Shown piece by piece: positions 1-14,610 of a stretch of 64,000 nucleotides of DNA. This stretch comes from Trichosphaerium sp. ATCC 40318 (Eukaryota; Protista; Tubulinea): the NCBI GenBank assembly GCA_038496445.1, contig JALMLS010000287.1, positions 152,347 through 216,346 on the forward strand. The letters run 5' to 3'. The position numbers were made by a program, and so were the translations under genes. Position 1 is the stretch's first letter. Each line of letters starts with the position of its first letter. The notes under the pieces were generated by a model. It had not been told where the DNA came from. It did not search any database and was given only the letters and a program-made list of their open reading frames with translations.

Positions 1-259
1 TCACCTGCTTCTTGTAGCATGTCACTGCCATAAGAGTTTTACAAAAGAGATTTACACGCGAACCACGTGTACGTCACGTTGTTCTACTACTTTTTTATGT
101 GACGCTACTTCGTTGGTTGTAGTAAGGTAACGTAAAATACGGAAATATAGAAACTGGAGACTTTTTTTGTTAAAGTGTTATCACCTAACAAAATTCACGT
201 GGCTGCCGTTGGACATGAGAATTAAAAAAAAAGTGTACACATGCGTTTGTAACAAGGCT

Positions 260-742
260 TTATTTAGCTGGATCTTCATATCTCATTGTAAACTCAACAT
301 CATAGGTAATATAATGGCCTAACGCGTTTTTTTCCCATACTTTCATGTCCAAAGTATTATTTACAATGGGAGTCTCTGAGGGTTCATCTAGATTTACACT
401 CTGCATGATTTTCATTCCTGCATTGTTTGGGTCATCTATCATAGACATTGAGCGTAGATTATAATAACGGTCATAGTAGTGAACTACAGAAGAAGTATGT
501 GTAGAAGTAGCGCCATCTTGTCGATGTACAAATGAACAATCTGGTTGTATTTCTCCAATCCAACGTTGTAGCGCACCGTATGGCGAGTTGTATTGCCAGC
601 TTATATGATAGTATCTCTTTACAAAACGTTGAATACCTCTGTTGTTAGGTGTTGACGATACCAAGTAGTACTCACAGTCATAAGCACACTGTGAGAGAGT
701 GAATAAGGTTATCAGAAGTAAAAAGAAAGTTGCTGCACGCAT
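260..742 (-). CDS. Intronless predicted secreted protein of unknown function (160 aa)
   Basis: Single ORF with N-terminal signal peptide (MRAATFFLLLITLFTLSQC); no recognisable domain. Confidence 0.7.
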   Translation of the reverse strand: MRAATFFLLLITLFTLSQCAYDCEYYLVSSTPNNRGIQRFVKRYYHISWQYNSPYGALQRWIGEIQPDCSFVHRQDGATSTHTSSVVHYYDRYYNLRSMSMIDDPNNAGMKIMQSVNLDEPSETPIVNNTLDMKVWEKNALGHYITYDVEFTMRYEDPAK

Positions 743-1941
743 GTTTGTTATGTATGAAGGTTACACAAATGTTTCCCAAATACAAAGACTGCTAACTTCC
801 GTAAAGGTACACAAAGTGACCTGCGCAAGTAAACAAAACATTATTCAACAAAATACCCACGTGGGTGATGCGGTGCGTTCAGGAAGATCTGTCGCGATAT
901 GAGGTGATCCCTGGCAATCTCGTCTTAATGTTTACCCAACAACTCTTTCACGCATTTACACGCACAATAGGCATCTAAATACTCTTTGAACGCCTAAAAA
1001 AACTGTGCACGTGTGCCACTTTGTATTGTTGAATAAAAGCAAAAAAGTTCGAATTTGTGCGCTTCTTTCGCAACTGTTTCCCTAGATTCTGTCATCATGC
1101 GATGAGTTAAACCCCCACCGAAATGTCCTCTCACTAAAATGGGAAGAGACACGCCTGTGTGATTTGTTTAGGGCTGTTTTGGCAAGTATTTTTTTTCAAA
1201 GCCTCGTTTCGCTAGTTCGTGGATTTAGTGGATTGTCATTCATATTATTCATACAGCTACCAGCGCAGCGGTAGTAGAGGAAATTTTTTTGTACGCAAGC
1301 GCTCTTTGTCAACACTAGCGATGTCGTACTGTTGAGTGTATACCTACAACACGTTTGCATCCGTAAGCAAGAGCAAGTCGTATTTTTTTATCACGTGATA
1401 ATTATGAGGCAAAATACCGTCATGAAAGAGACAAATAGATGCCTTGTATACAAAGCTCACCAAAGAGTTGGTAATTCTTGAACACCACAGGTTACGCGAA
1501 AATCCTCCTGTTTTGTGATAAGGTTTGCTCCTTTTTTCTTTTTACTTCTGTGTCGGACACAAACAACCGTATGACGCTATAACGTCCATTGATGATTAGT
1601 GACGTATCAATATTTCTGTCTATTTCTCAAATTGTTCTGTACGCGCTACACTGAAACATTATTCAATCGCAGTACGTCAATAGAACCATAGCCATTTTTT
1701 TTATTATTCATGAATTTAGAGTACTGTTATGAATATCCAGCAAATGTCATTTGCTTGTTTGGTTTATTTGACTATGTTTTACTTTAGTCGAGCACGCTTC
1801 GCGTTACATAATAGTACAACACAAGCCTTAGCTTGGGAAAAATCCTCTTTACAAGTTTGTTTGTGTATTCTTTGATTAGCCTCTGAGTTTACTTTTCTGG
1901 TGATTATGTATTGTTTGTATAATTCTATTTGGTGTATTAGT

Positions 1942-2060
1942 AAACGCCATGGTGAGTATAGAAGTTGGTATGAAGATGGCAAACTGCAGAACAATACGTT
2001 TATAAAGATGGACGAAGACATGGAGAGTATAAGTCTTGGCATTGTAGAGATGTTTTTCAA
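1942..2060 (+). pseudogene. Frameshifted MORN-variant repeat relic
   Basis: KRHGEYRSWYEDGKL, then a 1-nt frameshift near 1989 into EQYVYKDGRRHGEYKSWH; no start codon context, two repeats only. Confidence 0.7.
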
Positions 2061-2103
2061 AGGCAATATCTTTGCCAAAAAAAAAAATAGTGTTCATTTT
2101 ACA

Positions 2104-5100
2104 TTATGTTTTATTACGGTCTGGCTTTAACCGCTTAGAAGGAGGTGGTGCGCCATTCTCATTTACGTCATTAATATCATTTATACTTGATGAAATCTCA
2201 GTTGATTTTCGCTTTTTCATATTCACTTCACCAACGTGAACTTCCTTCTTTTCTCCGTCTGGAGTGAAATCCTCATCATCAGAATCAGAGTCACCATATG
2301 CAACAAGATTTCCTAGTATACTAGGTTTACTAGCATTATCTCTAACCTCAGGTTCAAAAGAATCAGGAGGTGTAGCATCATCATCATCGTCATCGTCTCG
2401 ATCAAAAAATTTATCATCTTCATCAATATCCCAACTTGGCTGTTTTTTACCTCCTCTATCTTTAAACGAACTAGAACAAGACGTCAGACATTTCACCACA
2501 GTATCAAGAACAGGTCTAGTACACACGTTGGCCCAAAAAAAAAAACAAGACGAGAAAAGCGTAAAAAGCCACAAGGCTGAAAAAAGAACAAAAAATTGAC
2601 AAAAAAAAAAAAGAACATCGTACGTTGAGGTTCCTTCCATTTTGTTTTTATCATACTCATTCTGTTCATAACGCGCTTTAAGTGACTTGAAAGTAGAAAC
2701 ATAATCCACATGCTCTAACTTTGATCCAAAGTTTTCAATGACATGTTTAACAAGTGGTTTGTTATTACTCTAAAAAAAAAGAACAATGAGTACATTGAAA
2801 CGAAATTACTAACAACAGATGGTCGATCTTGTGTTGGACGTCATATTGATTTTAAAGGGTTGATATTAACATGTACACATACCTTTTTAATATGCTCAAA
2901 TAACTCCAAAATAGCTGAGTTTAGAAGGTTGTATTTTGATCCGTTTGCAATAAATAAGTCCACAATAGGTGCGAACAAGTTCATTTTCATGATATGATTA
3001 CTATAATACTTATCTGTCTCATGGACTATAGCTCGGAAAAACCGAAGTGCAGCTAGAACAACAGAGTAAGTACAACCCCAACAGGTAGTTATGAATAAAA
3101 AAATTAACAAATAGGAGAACTGTGAATCGTACACAAAATAAGGAATTTCTCGCGACTACCAACAAGTACTATGACTTTGGAGGGAATGTTTTTTCCCAGT
3201 AGGTATTGCTTAACACGATAATCATGTCTACGCACAAGATGCGTGAGTAAGTCTAGTGTTAGGTTCTTAGAGAGACCTTCAGCTTCAGAATGAACACCAC
3301 CTACAAAAACAAGATTAACAAAACAAAGGTAAAACCAGGGTCTTTCGACCACAACACAAAAAAACACCGCTGTACGTACCAGGAGGGAGTGCTCGCAGTA
3401 TTGGAGCAATAACAAATTTCATGTACATCGTGTAAAACTTATCCACAAAGTCTTGGTTACCGTCATAGGCCTAAAGTAATCAATCAATAAAAATATGTCA
3501 AAAAAAAAAAAAACTTCGAACTCACCTCTTCGTTAGCATCAGCAGCGTCAATGATTAATTTAATTACATCGCTGATAAGGATCTTAACACCACTCTCTGG
3601 GTCTTTATCGAGACACTCGATCAATATATACAAGAGAGATCCCTCTACAAAGAAACAGTAAGAATCATTTATTACAATAATTTTAGGGAAAAAAAACGTA
3701 CCAGGCGTTGATTCCGCCTTGTGGTGATTAGAAATATGCGTCCTTATAAGAGTTGAATCACTTTCGATGCTATGCGACATAATCTCAATACTAAACGGAG
3801 GTAAGAACACGTTCCATCCATGTATTCAATAAACAACAAGAAAACAGAAAAACTTGTGCAGCATCTAGAAAGCGCTGCTACAAATCTCCTTTTATGAGAA
3901 CGCACCTGTTTAATCGCACAGATTTATCTGGGTTCTGTAAAGTTTTAGCCAATACGTCGTATAAACCACGATCATTCAAGGAGCTAAAAATAAATGAGTT
4001 AACAATATGTTAAGTGATACAACATACCGATAAAAGGCAGTAATATTACGGAGTTCAAGAGTCTTTACTAAATCACATAGACTCTGTAAGAGCTTCATCA
4101 AATCAATCATTTTATCCTGTGGTGTAGACGATGATTTTATACGAACAAATCTCAAAAACAGTCAAGGAACAACACCACTGGTGCGTAAAAACAAAAAAAA
4201 TATTTGGAAAAAAAAAAGTGGATACAGTTTTGTCAAAAACGCAGCGTCTGTAGATAGCTTTGCAGCAATTTGACAATTGTTGATAATCACAAGAGAACCA
4301 AGTGTGCTAAAGGTCCCTTCATCTAATACACGGGCCAAAATAACATCCTAGAAACCAGTTAATTTATGCACAAAGCAAAAAAACAAATAAATTACACACC
4401 TTAATATATTGCAAGCGAAACGTTAAGTGGATTTGATTTACAATTTCTGGATCGCCAAAGTCAAGTACTTGGTTGAATTTTGCTTTATTTTTTATAAAGT
4501 CACGATGTCTTGTAGTTTTATTCAATTCAGGGTCATCTAGACATAAATAAGAAATCATTAGAAAAAAGAATTCTGAGAATTCTAATTAGAAAAGAGGAAA
4601 AAAACTGAAACTCCTTTTTAAGGCCACTCAGTAGGTTAAAAAAATATGCAGATATCGATTCGTACATTCTAGTGCACCAAGCAAGTCAAAAATATGATCA
4701 TCATCAAAGACAAAGTCGTAAATAGCTGGATTATTTAACAACACTAAAAAAAACAAAATATAAGCATAAATGTAATTCTTCGTGAACTACAAACTTTAAA
4801 ACTTTGACATACCGACACTAGTGAATATCTTAAAAATCCTACCAAGGTCCTCTTTAGCGTCAAGATCATCCAAAATGTGAAACAAATCAAACAATTTTTT
4901 CAAGTAATTACCGTCCTAAAATACACGTTAAACCAATAACAAACATTTCCCGAAGCGTAAAAATGATCAAAGCCAACAACAAAAATCCGATTAAATAATC
5001 GAGATTAACGAAATGCGATCGACCTCTACTTACGTTATCTAGTAGTGCTTTCGCAATCTTCTCCTTACGCATAGCGTATGTACCAGAGGATATTACTGTA

Positions 5101-6284
5101 ACAATTTCATCAAGATTTTTTATATTTGCTGTAGGTAATTCTATTGCTTTTGTATTAGATAGCTCTGCATAATCTAAATTTACATTAATAACTATTTACA
5201 TACTTACGAAATTGAAAAAAGATCATTTTGTGATGTTCATAATTTCGACATAAGGTGGAACTACTACACTCACACTCTATGTGTGGTAATAGACAAGTAT
5301 TTGATGAAGAGTAAAGAGGTAAACAACACCAAAAAATAAAAATACAATACGCCTAGTAAGTATCGCATTGATCAGAACGTAATAGTTTCATTGATTTAGC
5401 GCGTGTTCCTTTTTTGATAAATTTTTTTTTGTGAATACTTATTCAATGCAAAGGCACTTACGCTCATCAATAAACCCGAAACCAGCTCCTAGATCGCTTG
5501 GTATTTGATCACTTCCCATTTGTATCTGGTGGTTACGTAGTTCTTCCCTACAAGCCTTCTGTCAATATTTCTTTGCATGTAAAAAAATAATTTTGGCGCG
5601 AAATGAGCGCCTATTTCTCTAAAGGCGTTTTGAAAATGCGACAAAAAAGAATTGACAAGTACGCGGTAACCTTTCCGTACCATATCTCATGACACCCAGA
5701 AGGTTCTTGAAAGCTAAGTGCTAAATCTTCTGTATCTTCAGCGTCAGATTCTTCATCCTTCGCTTGATTCCAAACGATGAGAGTGTCTACAATGCGTGTT
5801 GGTTTTTTATTTCGAAAAAAAAAAAATAGAAAGCTGTGAATGGGTTGAAAATATCCGTGACTAATGACATGTGAGCCATCTACGCCAAAAATGCGAAAAA
5901 AACCATCAAACTAAGTCCTTGCTTTTTCAAAGCGTCGCGGAAAACTAACGGTTACCCCAACACCATTTTCAGCCACTCCATGTTTCAAAAACGCGCACCT
6001 TGTTGCCGTTTATAGATATCTTCCTTTGAGATTCGTGATTTCAGGAGCATGACCTTTTCATCGTCCTCCGACACAACAAATATCACTGGCGATACGTTCT
6101 AGGTTTTTTGAGCGTGTACAGAGTCATTTTAAGCGTTTGGTAAATTATGAAACCATTTTTTTCAATATGTCTGATAATGCACCTCTGTTTCAACAATAGT
6201 AACATAACCGGTGCCTTGATCGGCCCATTGACCATCCTCATTTAGTTTGTACACCTTCACGCGGCGGTCGTTTGTCTTTTCCAT
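2104..6284 (-). CDS. PPP4R3: Protein phosphatase 4 regulatory subunit 3 (SMK-1/Psy2 family), multi-exon
   Basis: EVH1-like start MEKTNDRRVKVYKLNEDGQWADQGTG; LALSFQEPSGCHEIW; IHLTFRLQYIK; YNLLNSAILELFEHI; C-terminal LVAYGDSDSDDE. Confidence 0.93.
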
Positions 6285-6547
6285 GAAGGTGTCTCTCTGA
6301 AAACACTACCCAATCATATTTATCAAGAAATACATTGCAGTTGCAAAAAAAAAAGTTCCCTGAGGTCAAGGCGAAAAAAGTACGTCTGCATACGTGATAA
6401 CACTGGTACCACGCCTATTATGCGCTGTGGTGCACAACACAATACAGACTAAGCATTCACACTAAACAATTGCATTTTACTTGCTGAAAACGTTATCAGT
6501 TAATAGCTATTTGCGTGGTTTCGCGCAAGAGACCTCTTACCGACGTT

Positions 6548-9500
6548 ATGGAGAAGAATTCTCGAGGTTACTCAGCTGCGAAAAACAAGCATCCTGGCTA
6601 TTCCCAAGTGGCCCAAGAACTAAATCAACGCATTTTGCGACCACCATTGCCCAAAACACCAACTAGGACAAAAAAGCAATCTTCGCTAAACGTTACACCA
6701 GCGGAGGTATTTCTTTAGCGTTATAACCGCGTCAATTTGGATAATAACACTTGCCAGGCAATTTCAAAGTCAACATCGACGGAACTATTACATAGCTCGC
6801 TAAAGGAGCGTTATGTATCACGAAGCGTAGAAGTAAAGGACTCCACAGTTGTTGAACGTGAAAAGAATCCTTACGCGGTACGAATACTTTGTAAGCTTAT
6901 CTCACGCTACTCTATAGCTTTATCACATACTCGTGACTGTCAAGCAAACATCTTGGCTGGTATATCGTTCATTCAGTCAGTTCAACGCTCTAAACGTATC
7001 GGTACGCTTGTAACCCGAACTGATCTTATTCTGAAAATGTTTCCTGAATCTTGCAATAACCTTCTCTGTAGCTGAAAGATTATCTCCCGAAAAGCTTCAA
7101 AACGAAGCTTCCAACCAAGTGTAATTCATTGCAGCCTATAAAATTGCAAAAGCAACGCATAAAATTTCAAATTTGGCTAAAAGAATTATGTCAAGTTCAA
7201 AGCATCCAATGGGTACATACTTGGCTTGATTTTCTTGATCCAAGCAATAATGCGCCAGCTTTTATACTATCAAAAAAATCTCCAAAGAGTGGTTCGTTAC
7301 AGAAAGAAGGCCTTGCTGGTATGCTCATAGATCGTTACTTTGTGCTTATGGGCGATCAATTATTCTATTATGGAACGGAGTTGGTACGTTACAAAACAAC
7401 GAACGAAGATGGCAAAAAAACAGATTTTTTTTTTCTCAAGATGACAGTTCTCTTTCCTTTTTTGCGAATTCTCGATGCTGCTAGTTTTTGTTTTGGCGCT
7501 AACTCTTTGAATGTAGTCTGCAAAACCTCGTGGTCAAATAGATTTGACTACAGCTAGTATAGAGGTTGTATGTACTGGTGAATACGCTGGTGTTGCGTTT
7601 GAAGTTATTGGTGATAAGAAGCATGTATTTATTGCAGAATCAGAGTTTGATATGCATGAATGGGTTATAGCCATAAGGACCGAACGTATGAAAGGCACAA
7701 AAGTGAATGAAGACTACTTAAACTTCCTACAGGCAAGAATCTTTGTATTCTTATTTTTTTTTATGTTTTCAGAAAAATACTTGTTTCTCGCGTTGTGTTG
7801 TTGTAAAAACGTTCTTATTTTGTTTTTAGCAAGTAGCGAACGATGATAGACAGACGCCATCTCAAAGAGTAGATGATAACAACCAAGATCGTCGCGCTTT
7901 CACGGACTTTGTATCATTAACAGTCCGTTACAGTGAGGCTAAGAATAATCCACAACCAGGTTCTTTTAGAATGAACCGTTCTACGGGATCTGAAGTACCA
8001 GGTTTATGTGATACAAGGAGTACAGCAAGTTCTTTAGGCGGTCTAAGTGTCAGGCACGTGGTTTATTTCCACCAATTTTTTTTTCTGTTAAGTTTTCACT
8101 TTGGCTTTTGTGTTCGTCTGTAGCTATGAAGACTTTCTAAATATATTTTCTTTTTAGGTTTTCAAGTACCCTGTCACGTTCTCAGGCAGATTCTGAAAGA
8201 AATATTAAATATGGCAGTAATGGGAATATAAGAGCTGCAACACAGGATAAACTTCTTGAAAAACTTTTTGATCCTAACTTTCGAGGTTCGTTATCTATCT
8301 ATTTGAGAAATATTTTATTGGTTAATGTACACTGGTATGTGGTATTCTAAAAAATCGTATTTAGATCAATCGTTCATTGAAGAGTTTCTCGTAAATTATA
8401 GTGTTTATATGGAAGAACATTATTTGCTTGAACAACTTATTCTGAGGTTTTCAAGGGATATGCAATTATCTAAAGATATTCCACCAATACCAGGACAAAT
8501 TTTAGAGGTTGCACCACCTACAGTCACTCATTTTACAGAAGTCCAGTCAAGGTATTCTTATGTTTGAAAAATTGTTTCTTTTGGTATTGTTTTATGTTTT
8601 TCGCTGTCTTTTGGCTGTGCGAATTCAGTTGTTGAGATTACTACATAAATAATCTAGTAAACATGTTAATGTTTTTTGTTCGTAGGGTATTGCTTGTAAT
8701 AGAAGTTTGGTTGAACGATTATTTCAATGACTTTGCTAAAGATGAAGCACTGTATTGTAAACTTTTTGCTTTTATCTCGGAGACATTAGCAATTATTGAA
8801 CATGGAAAGGAAGAAGCAAGTAGACTAACTCAGCTTATACAAGACAAGGTACAAAAAAACAACATCACCTTTATTTTCATCAATTTCGTTTTTTTGTTTG
8901 CAAACTAATTTCATTGTTAGCTTTCGCCACCACCGCCTGATATGGAGGGTCTATTAGGTACGTTATAAATCATTACATATACATCAATTGGTTAACTGTA
9001 AGTAATAGTTGATGCACCTCAACCAGAGATACCGACGTTATTTGCGAAGGGTAAGCTAGCCTTTTTTTTTTGTTTTTGTTTTCATGTATCATTTCTTTCG
9101 TGTCACCGAAGTGCACAACTAATTGAAGGTCCTATTATTACCATAAAAAATGACGAAATGCCTTTTTATTGTTTGTTTTACGATCAAACCTCTCACATCC
9201 CGTGGTTTTTTATTTTCAGGAAGTCAGCAGCTTCTAAGTGTCTTTTTTAGGCACTTTTGGTCTTTTGGACGTGCCTCCAATAGAGATAGCAAGGCAGCTT
9301 ACGGTACCCTCAATAATTATCTTTCATGCATACTTATCTTTTATCTCCCTTTAGCTTATGCAACATGCTCTTTTCAAAAAAATCAAAATATCCGAATTCC
9401 TCGGCCAGAAATGGTCCAAGAGCGATAAATCTGGTGCTCGTAACATCATGAATGTTATTTACCGTAGTACAGAGGTATTTCAATAGTATTTTTCAAGCTC

Positions 9501-10352
9501 TGCTAGTGCAAGAGTCAGTTCTTCTCTAAGACCTTTTTTAGGTGTCTTTGTGGGTTTCGACTTGTATTCTACAACAACAAACACCAAAGGCTCGTGGTGC
9601 ATACATATCACAGTTTATAGATATTGCAAAGGTACTTGAATGCACGAGAATAACATGTCGTCTTAAGTTTCTTTTTTCTTTGTAAATTTCTTTTGTTTGT
9701 TGTTTTGGTTCTTCAGTTTGGTGCTTGGTTTAACTTGCTGTAGGCTTGTAAAGACCTAAGAAATTATGATATTCTTATGGCAATTTATGCAGGTGGACTA
9801 CAAACAACTGCTGTATGGCGTTTACGCAAGTCTTGGCAGTTTGTTAGTGAGAAGCGAATGAAAGTATTTAAGGAATGTGAATTTCTTTTCAATTCAGAGC
9901 CTAACTATGAATTGTATCGAAAAGAACTTATAAACGGTGGCACTCCATGTATACCATATTTAGGTATTATCCATTTTTAAACCCAAAACAATAATTTACT
10001 TCATGGCATTGATGAAAGAAAGAATTCTTTTTGATTCTGTTTTTTTTCTTACTTTTTATATTGTATGCTAAGATTCTGTTCTGTAGGTATGTACTTGAAG
10101 GATCTTACGTTTATAAATGATAGACAAGGTAATCCAGATTGTGTGACAGAACATAAACTCATAAACTATGCAAAACGAGCACTTGAAGCTAAAGTACTTA
10201 ATAGTATAATTAAGTTTCAAAATAGCCCATATTGCTTACGAGGTGTCACACAAATACAAGATTTCTTGTCAATTTTTAAACCCCTTACAACAGAAGAACT
10301 ATATACGATGTCACTTAGAACTGAAGGTGCACGTTCACGTCAACGTCGGTGA
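6548..10352 (+). CDS. Ras guanine nucleotide exchange factor (PH + REM + CDC25 domains), multi-exon
   Basis: PH-like segments (RYFVLMGDQLFYY; EFDMHEWVIAI), REM (IRAATQDKLLEKL), CDC25 motifs (PCIPYLGMYLKDLTFI, GNPD, LINYAK). Confidence 0.9.
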
Positions 10353-10591
10353 TGTATATTTTTTGTTGGGGGTGTGTAATTGTAGTACTTTAGAAGTTTT
10401 ATGTAAAAAAAAAGTGAATAAATATTTTAACGTTAAGGGTCCTTAAGGTAACGTCAGATCGTCAGAAACTTTCCAGTTTTTTGTGAGTGACATGGTATAG
10501 ATATTTACTATGGTTGGTTTTATTTACAAATTTGCCCAATGCCTGTAAAAATCTTGGGACGCTTTTTTTTCTGGTTTCTTTTTTTTTTTTG

Positions 10592-10900
10592 TTAAGTCAC
10601 TTTTAGGTTGTCTTTGACTTGATTGGTTGAAGTTTTCTTCTTGGTCTGTTCTGTATTGATTATTCTAGAGAGTGATGTGTTGTGATCAAGTAGAGATTTG
10701 TTATATTTTTGTAGAGTTGATTGCAACTCTACCCAAGCTGTATCACGCTGTTGGCGCGTTTGTTTAAGTTCTACAGTAATTTTTTTGTTTAACTTATTGC
10801 TCCTTCTCAAAGCCGCTTTTAATTGTTCTACTTGCATTTGTAGAGTAGAACACTTTGTTTTGTAGTCTGGCTTTGTGACAGTTACACAAGTTTTGATTCC
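10592..10900 (-). other. Isolated coiled-coil-like ORF, possible gene or mobile-element remnant
   Basis: Heptad-like MQVEQLKAALRRSNKLNKKITVELKQTRQQRD; no clear 5' exon. Confidence 0.25.
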
Positions 10901-12306
10901 TTTCAGGTTAAGTCAGTGAATGAAACTTATTGAAAGAAATTCGCTATCGGCCAAAAGGAGGCAAAAATTTATGGGCGAACTTTTGGGTTTTCGTTTTTTT
11001 TGTTAAACCCTCCTACGTAGTACGTACTTTTTGTTGGTACTGCTATTATCGTACTGCTTAGTTTTCTTTTGCAATGTAGCATAATGCACCTAAGTAGAAT
11101 TTCAGTTATCACGCGCCAAAACTACAATACAACCAGTTGCAACATTGTTGAGCACTATTTGGGCGATATTGTCCGAGCTGCTTTGAAAAAACAAGGAACT
11201 AAATAGGACGCGTATCGGTGTGAGATAACGCTCTTGAACGATGTTTTAGTACTGTTGTCGGACAATACCACTACCAAAAAGTGGCGTGATGCTGGAAGGC
11301 CAGAAACCTGGCTGTAATATTGCACAAGAACGCACCTTTATGAGAGACTTGTTGCAACTGTTGGTTAAACCAAAATATCTAGTTTTCGTTTTGGGCAAAC
11401 TTTCTGTCAACATAATTTTAGTCGAAATATGGGCTAAAAGTAACCTTTCTTACACGTAACCAAATGTTTGCCCAAAACTGAAATTTCAAGTCAGCCGAAA
11501 AACTGCGCCGTATACGATTTGTTTAGGGGAACGATAAATTTAACATCAGTAGCGCCATGAGTTAACGTGAGGGAGGACAAAAAACCGCGCCAAGTAACGT
11601 CTGTTCCCATTTGCAGTACAAAACGATCAAATAGCACTCTGATTGTTCTACCACAATCCGTAAATACATTTGGCGCACACTTGGCCGAATATAGCGTTTA
11701 AGCGTTGAAACTAAACGATCATTACTCGTCCTGCATTTGTGAATGCTTCCGAGCATTCATTGCACTATCTGAAACGGGCGTTAACGCTAATTTGGCTTTG
11801 TTTGCCTAAACAGACGAAAACCACTTCATACGTGAACGTTTGTGCGTCGCGAAGCTTTTTTTGAGCGTTTCACAATAATCGTGATACTAGCGAATGTAGT
11901 GTGAGCGCTAGATGCACAAAAACCAGCGTGAGAATAAGTACAGTACGTTTATAGCAAACCTGCGTACTCATATCGCCTTTATTGGAAGATATAAGTAGAT
12001 GGTACACATTTTTGTTGTTGATAGTGTCTCCCAAAAAAAGGATTAAAACTACACGTAGAGTTAGATAACAAGTAGCGGAGAAATCGGAAATGGTAACGAG
12101 ATTTGTGACAAAAATAGCGATTTTTTACCGCCCTATTTGTACGCATTATATTCCCATGGCAGTGCTGGATACCCGGGAAATACGTAAAGAAATATTGATG
12201 ACAAAAGGGTTGACAAAAAAGCAACTTTGGGATTGTTGTCAGTTTTTTTAGATTTTGCTTGTTGCTAAAAATGCGACTAACCTGTTGATTAATTTCATGA
12301 TTTTTA

Positions 12307-14338
12307 TCATGCACCCCTTTCTTTAGCAGAATACGCTTGTCTAATCAAATCATATAACTCCTTCAATAAAGATGTATCTAAAATAGAGTATTAGAGGAAA
12401 AAATAAGGAAAAGAACAACGGTTTAAAAAGAATAACCACGTGCCAACATGTGTATGCTTTAAAATCCGTTCAGCTGCATGCAAGTTTTCTAATGTGCTAT
12501 TCGTATTCTCTAAATACCAATCTAATTTTGCTAGAGTAAAGTATTGTAATCCCAATAATGGCCAGTTATCATCGTATACGCCTACATTCATTTTTTGTTA
12601 AAAAGCGTCAAACTTTTGTTTCAAAAACTCAAAAAGAATCACCGTTTCTCCGGCTGTCAAAATATGTACCACGTACGTTTATAAAAAGGTAAAGATTTAC
12701 GGCATTCTATACTTGCTTTTTCGTATTTACCCAATGAAATGTTTACTTGCATTAGTTGATCATGTACTTCTTTTCGCAAGTAATGTGATTGGCATAATGT
12801 CTTTTCAACCAGAGGTACAACTTTTTTTGATAAAATAGTTTGAGCTTCTTCGATATCTATGTGTTGTTGTTAAACATTAATTATGTTACTTACAATGTAA
12901 TATAAATATACAGGAAACATTTAACGTACTACCAAAGGTTTTTGCTTTTTTAGCTTCTTGTAAACCAGTCTTGATGTTTTTCATGTTTTCAATGACAACT
13001 GATTTTTCTAGCTTTTTAAAAGCAATAAGACTTTCATCTTCTGTAGCCTAAACGTATTTGTAAATTTGGCCACAAGACTAATAAAACCTACTGAACATTT
13101 ACTGCAGGTACAAGCGAAGAAAAAATTTGTTTGAAGCGCGAACTGGCGCTCTCCAGTGGATTGTCCAACCTAACACTAAATTAATAAGTGTAAAAACAAA
13201 GTCAAAGTTTTACTTCAACATAGTTGATTGTTATCTCCTCTCCTTTTTTAATAGTCCTGATGGCTCTCAACATAGCTTTATTACCTTCAAACATGCACAC
13301 AGTATTAGGTGAGCACCTATTGTTCTGTTGTTAAGCTTTTCGGAAAAAAAAACAAGTTGGAAATTTTAATTAACGCACGAGTGGTTGAGCATTGCCAGTG
13401 GGGGAAAAACACCAATACCTACTATACGCATTTCGGGATCAACTATATTCAAGTTGTTACAACGGAACTAATAACGTAAACACAAAGAAGCAATCAACTT
13501 TCCTTTCACTGAATAACATGACAAGTCATTTGACACATTGCACTAGAAAAAAAAACCAGTTTACCTTGCAATACAATTCAACAATATCTTGTATACGAAC
13601 TTCATCATTTGTAGGTGCAATCTTTTTCACTAGAAGAGCCATCTTTGCGAATATATCTAGCTGTTCAGAAGGGAAATCATCCTTGTCTTTTCAGCGTTAA
13701 AGAAAAAACAAGCAATTACTGAGCAATTTCAAAAAAAAACTACAAATAGTGGATTTATACGTACGAGATAACAACGTTTCTAGCTGGCTCTTTTGCTATG
13801 AAGTGTCAATATTATTTAGTTTTTACGCGCATACAGTGGCAAGGAGGCTTAGTACACGCGCCATAAGCACAATAGATGGTGTAGGCTTCTCTGGGGCTAT
13901 CTATATTTGATGAGGTGTATATTCTGCACTTATCTTACCGCTGCGATGCGTTTGCACTCTGTTTTATGGCCATCATTCCAATCTGCTTTCTAAGCTTTAC
14001 TGAGTTTATTTTATTGCACCTGGCGCGTACTTGACAAGTAACAGAGCAGTATCGAGCGTATTTACATCTGACGCAAACTTTTAGCTTAGCGAAAGGTTTG
14101 AAGCATTTTGAACAATAAGAACGTAGTTGATGCGAGCTGAGAACGGCGGCTAGAGCATTAGTTTTAAAAACGCAGCTACCTTTTAACAAATAAGTAATTA
14201 ACAGTATGAATGAGCCTTACCAGGCTTTAGATCCTTGTTTGTGACGACTGTGCGCCCTTTTATTTCATTATCGACTAAACTGAGTGAATACGCATTGAGT
14301 TCGTCTAGGATAGATTTCGAAGCGAGTTGGGATGCCAT
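12307..14338 (-). CDS. SET and MYND domain lysine methyltransferase (SMYD family), multi-exon
   Basis: KGRTVVT; MYND CSKC..CVRC..YCSVTCQ..HKTEC; SET LNHS|CSPN and EEITINY; post-SET FACTCSKC; TPR-like tail. Confidence 0.92.
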
Positions 14339-14610
14339 AATAGACTGACACTTCGAGAATGACTGTACTTAATCTGTCAGAACTAAGGCAGTACATTCCA
14401 TGTGAAATTCAACTACATTTGTACTTACAATGTTACTAGATTAAATAAAATAAGGTCAACCATCTAGCCTACAGTAACACTAAAATACTGTCAAGCAAGA
14501 CCTCTTCCTTTTATATTTTTACATAAACTTTACTGTCTTTGTTGTCAAGTATTTTATTATCAATTTCAAACGTATTACTTCTATTTTTTTTTTGCGATTG
14601 ATAGATAAGC

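Noticed and set aside
1-31. Possible first exon of a minus-strand gene (MAVTCYKKQ)
   Set aside because: Too short at the window edge to support
7733-7829. Additional GC-AG intron (GCAAGA donor)
   Set aside because: An in-phase GT donor at 7703 is equally possible
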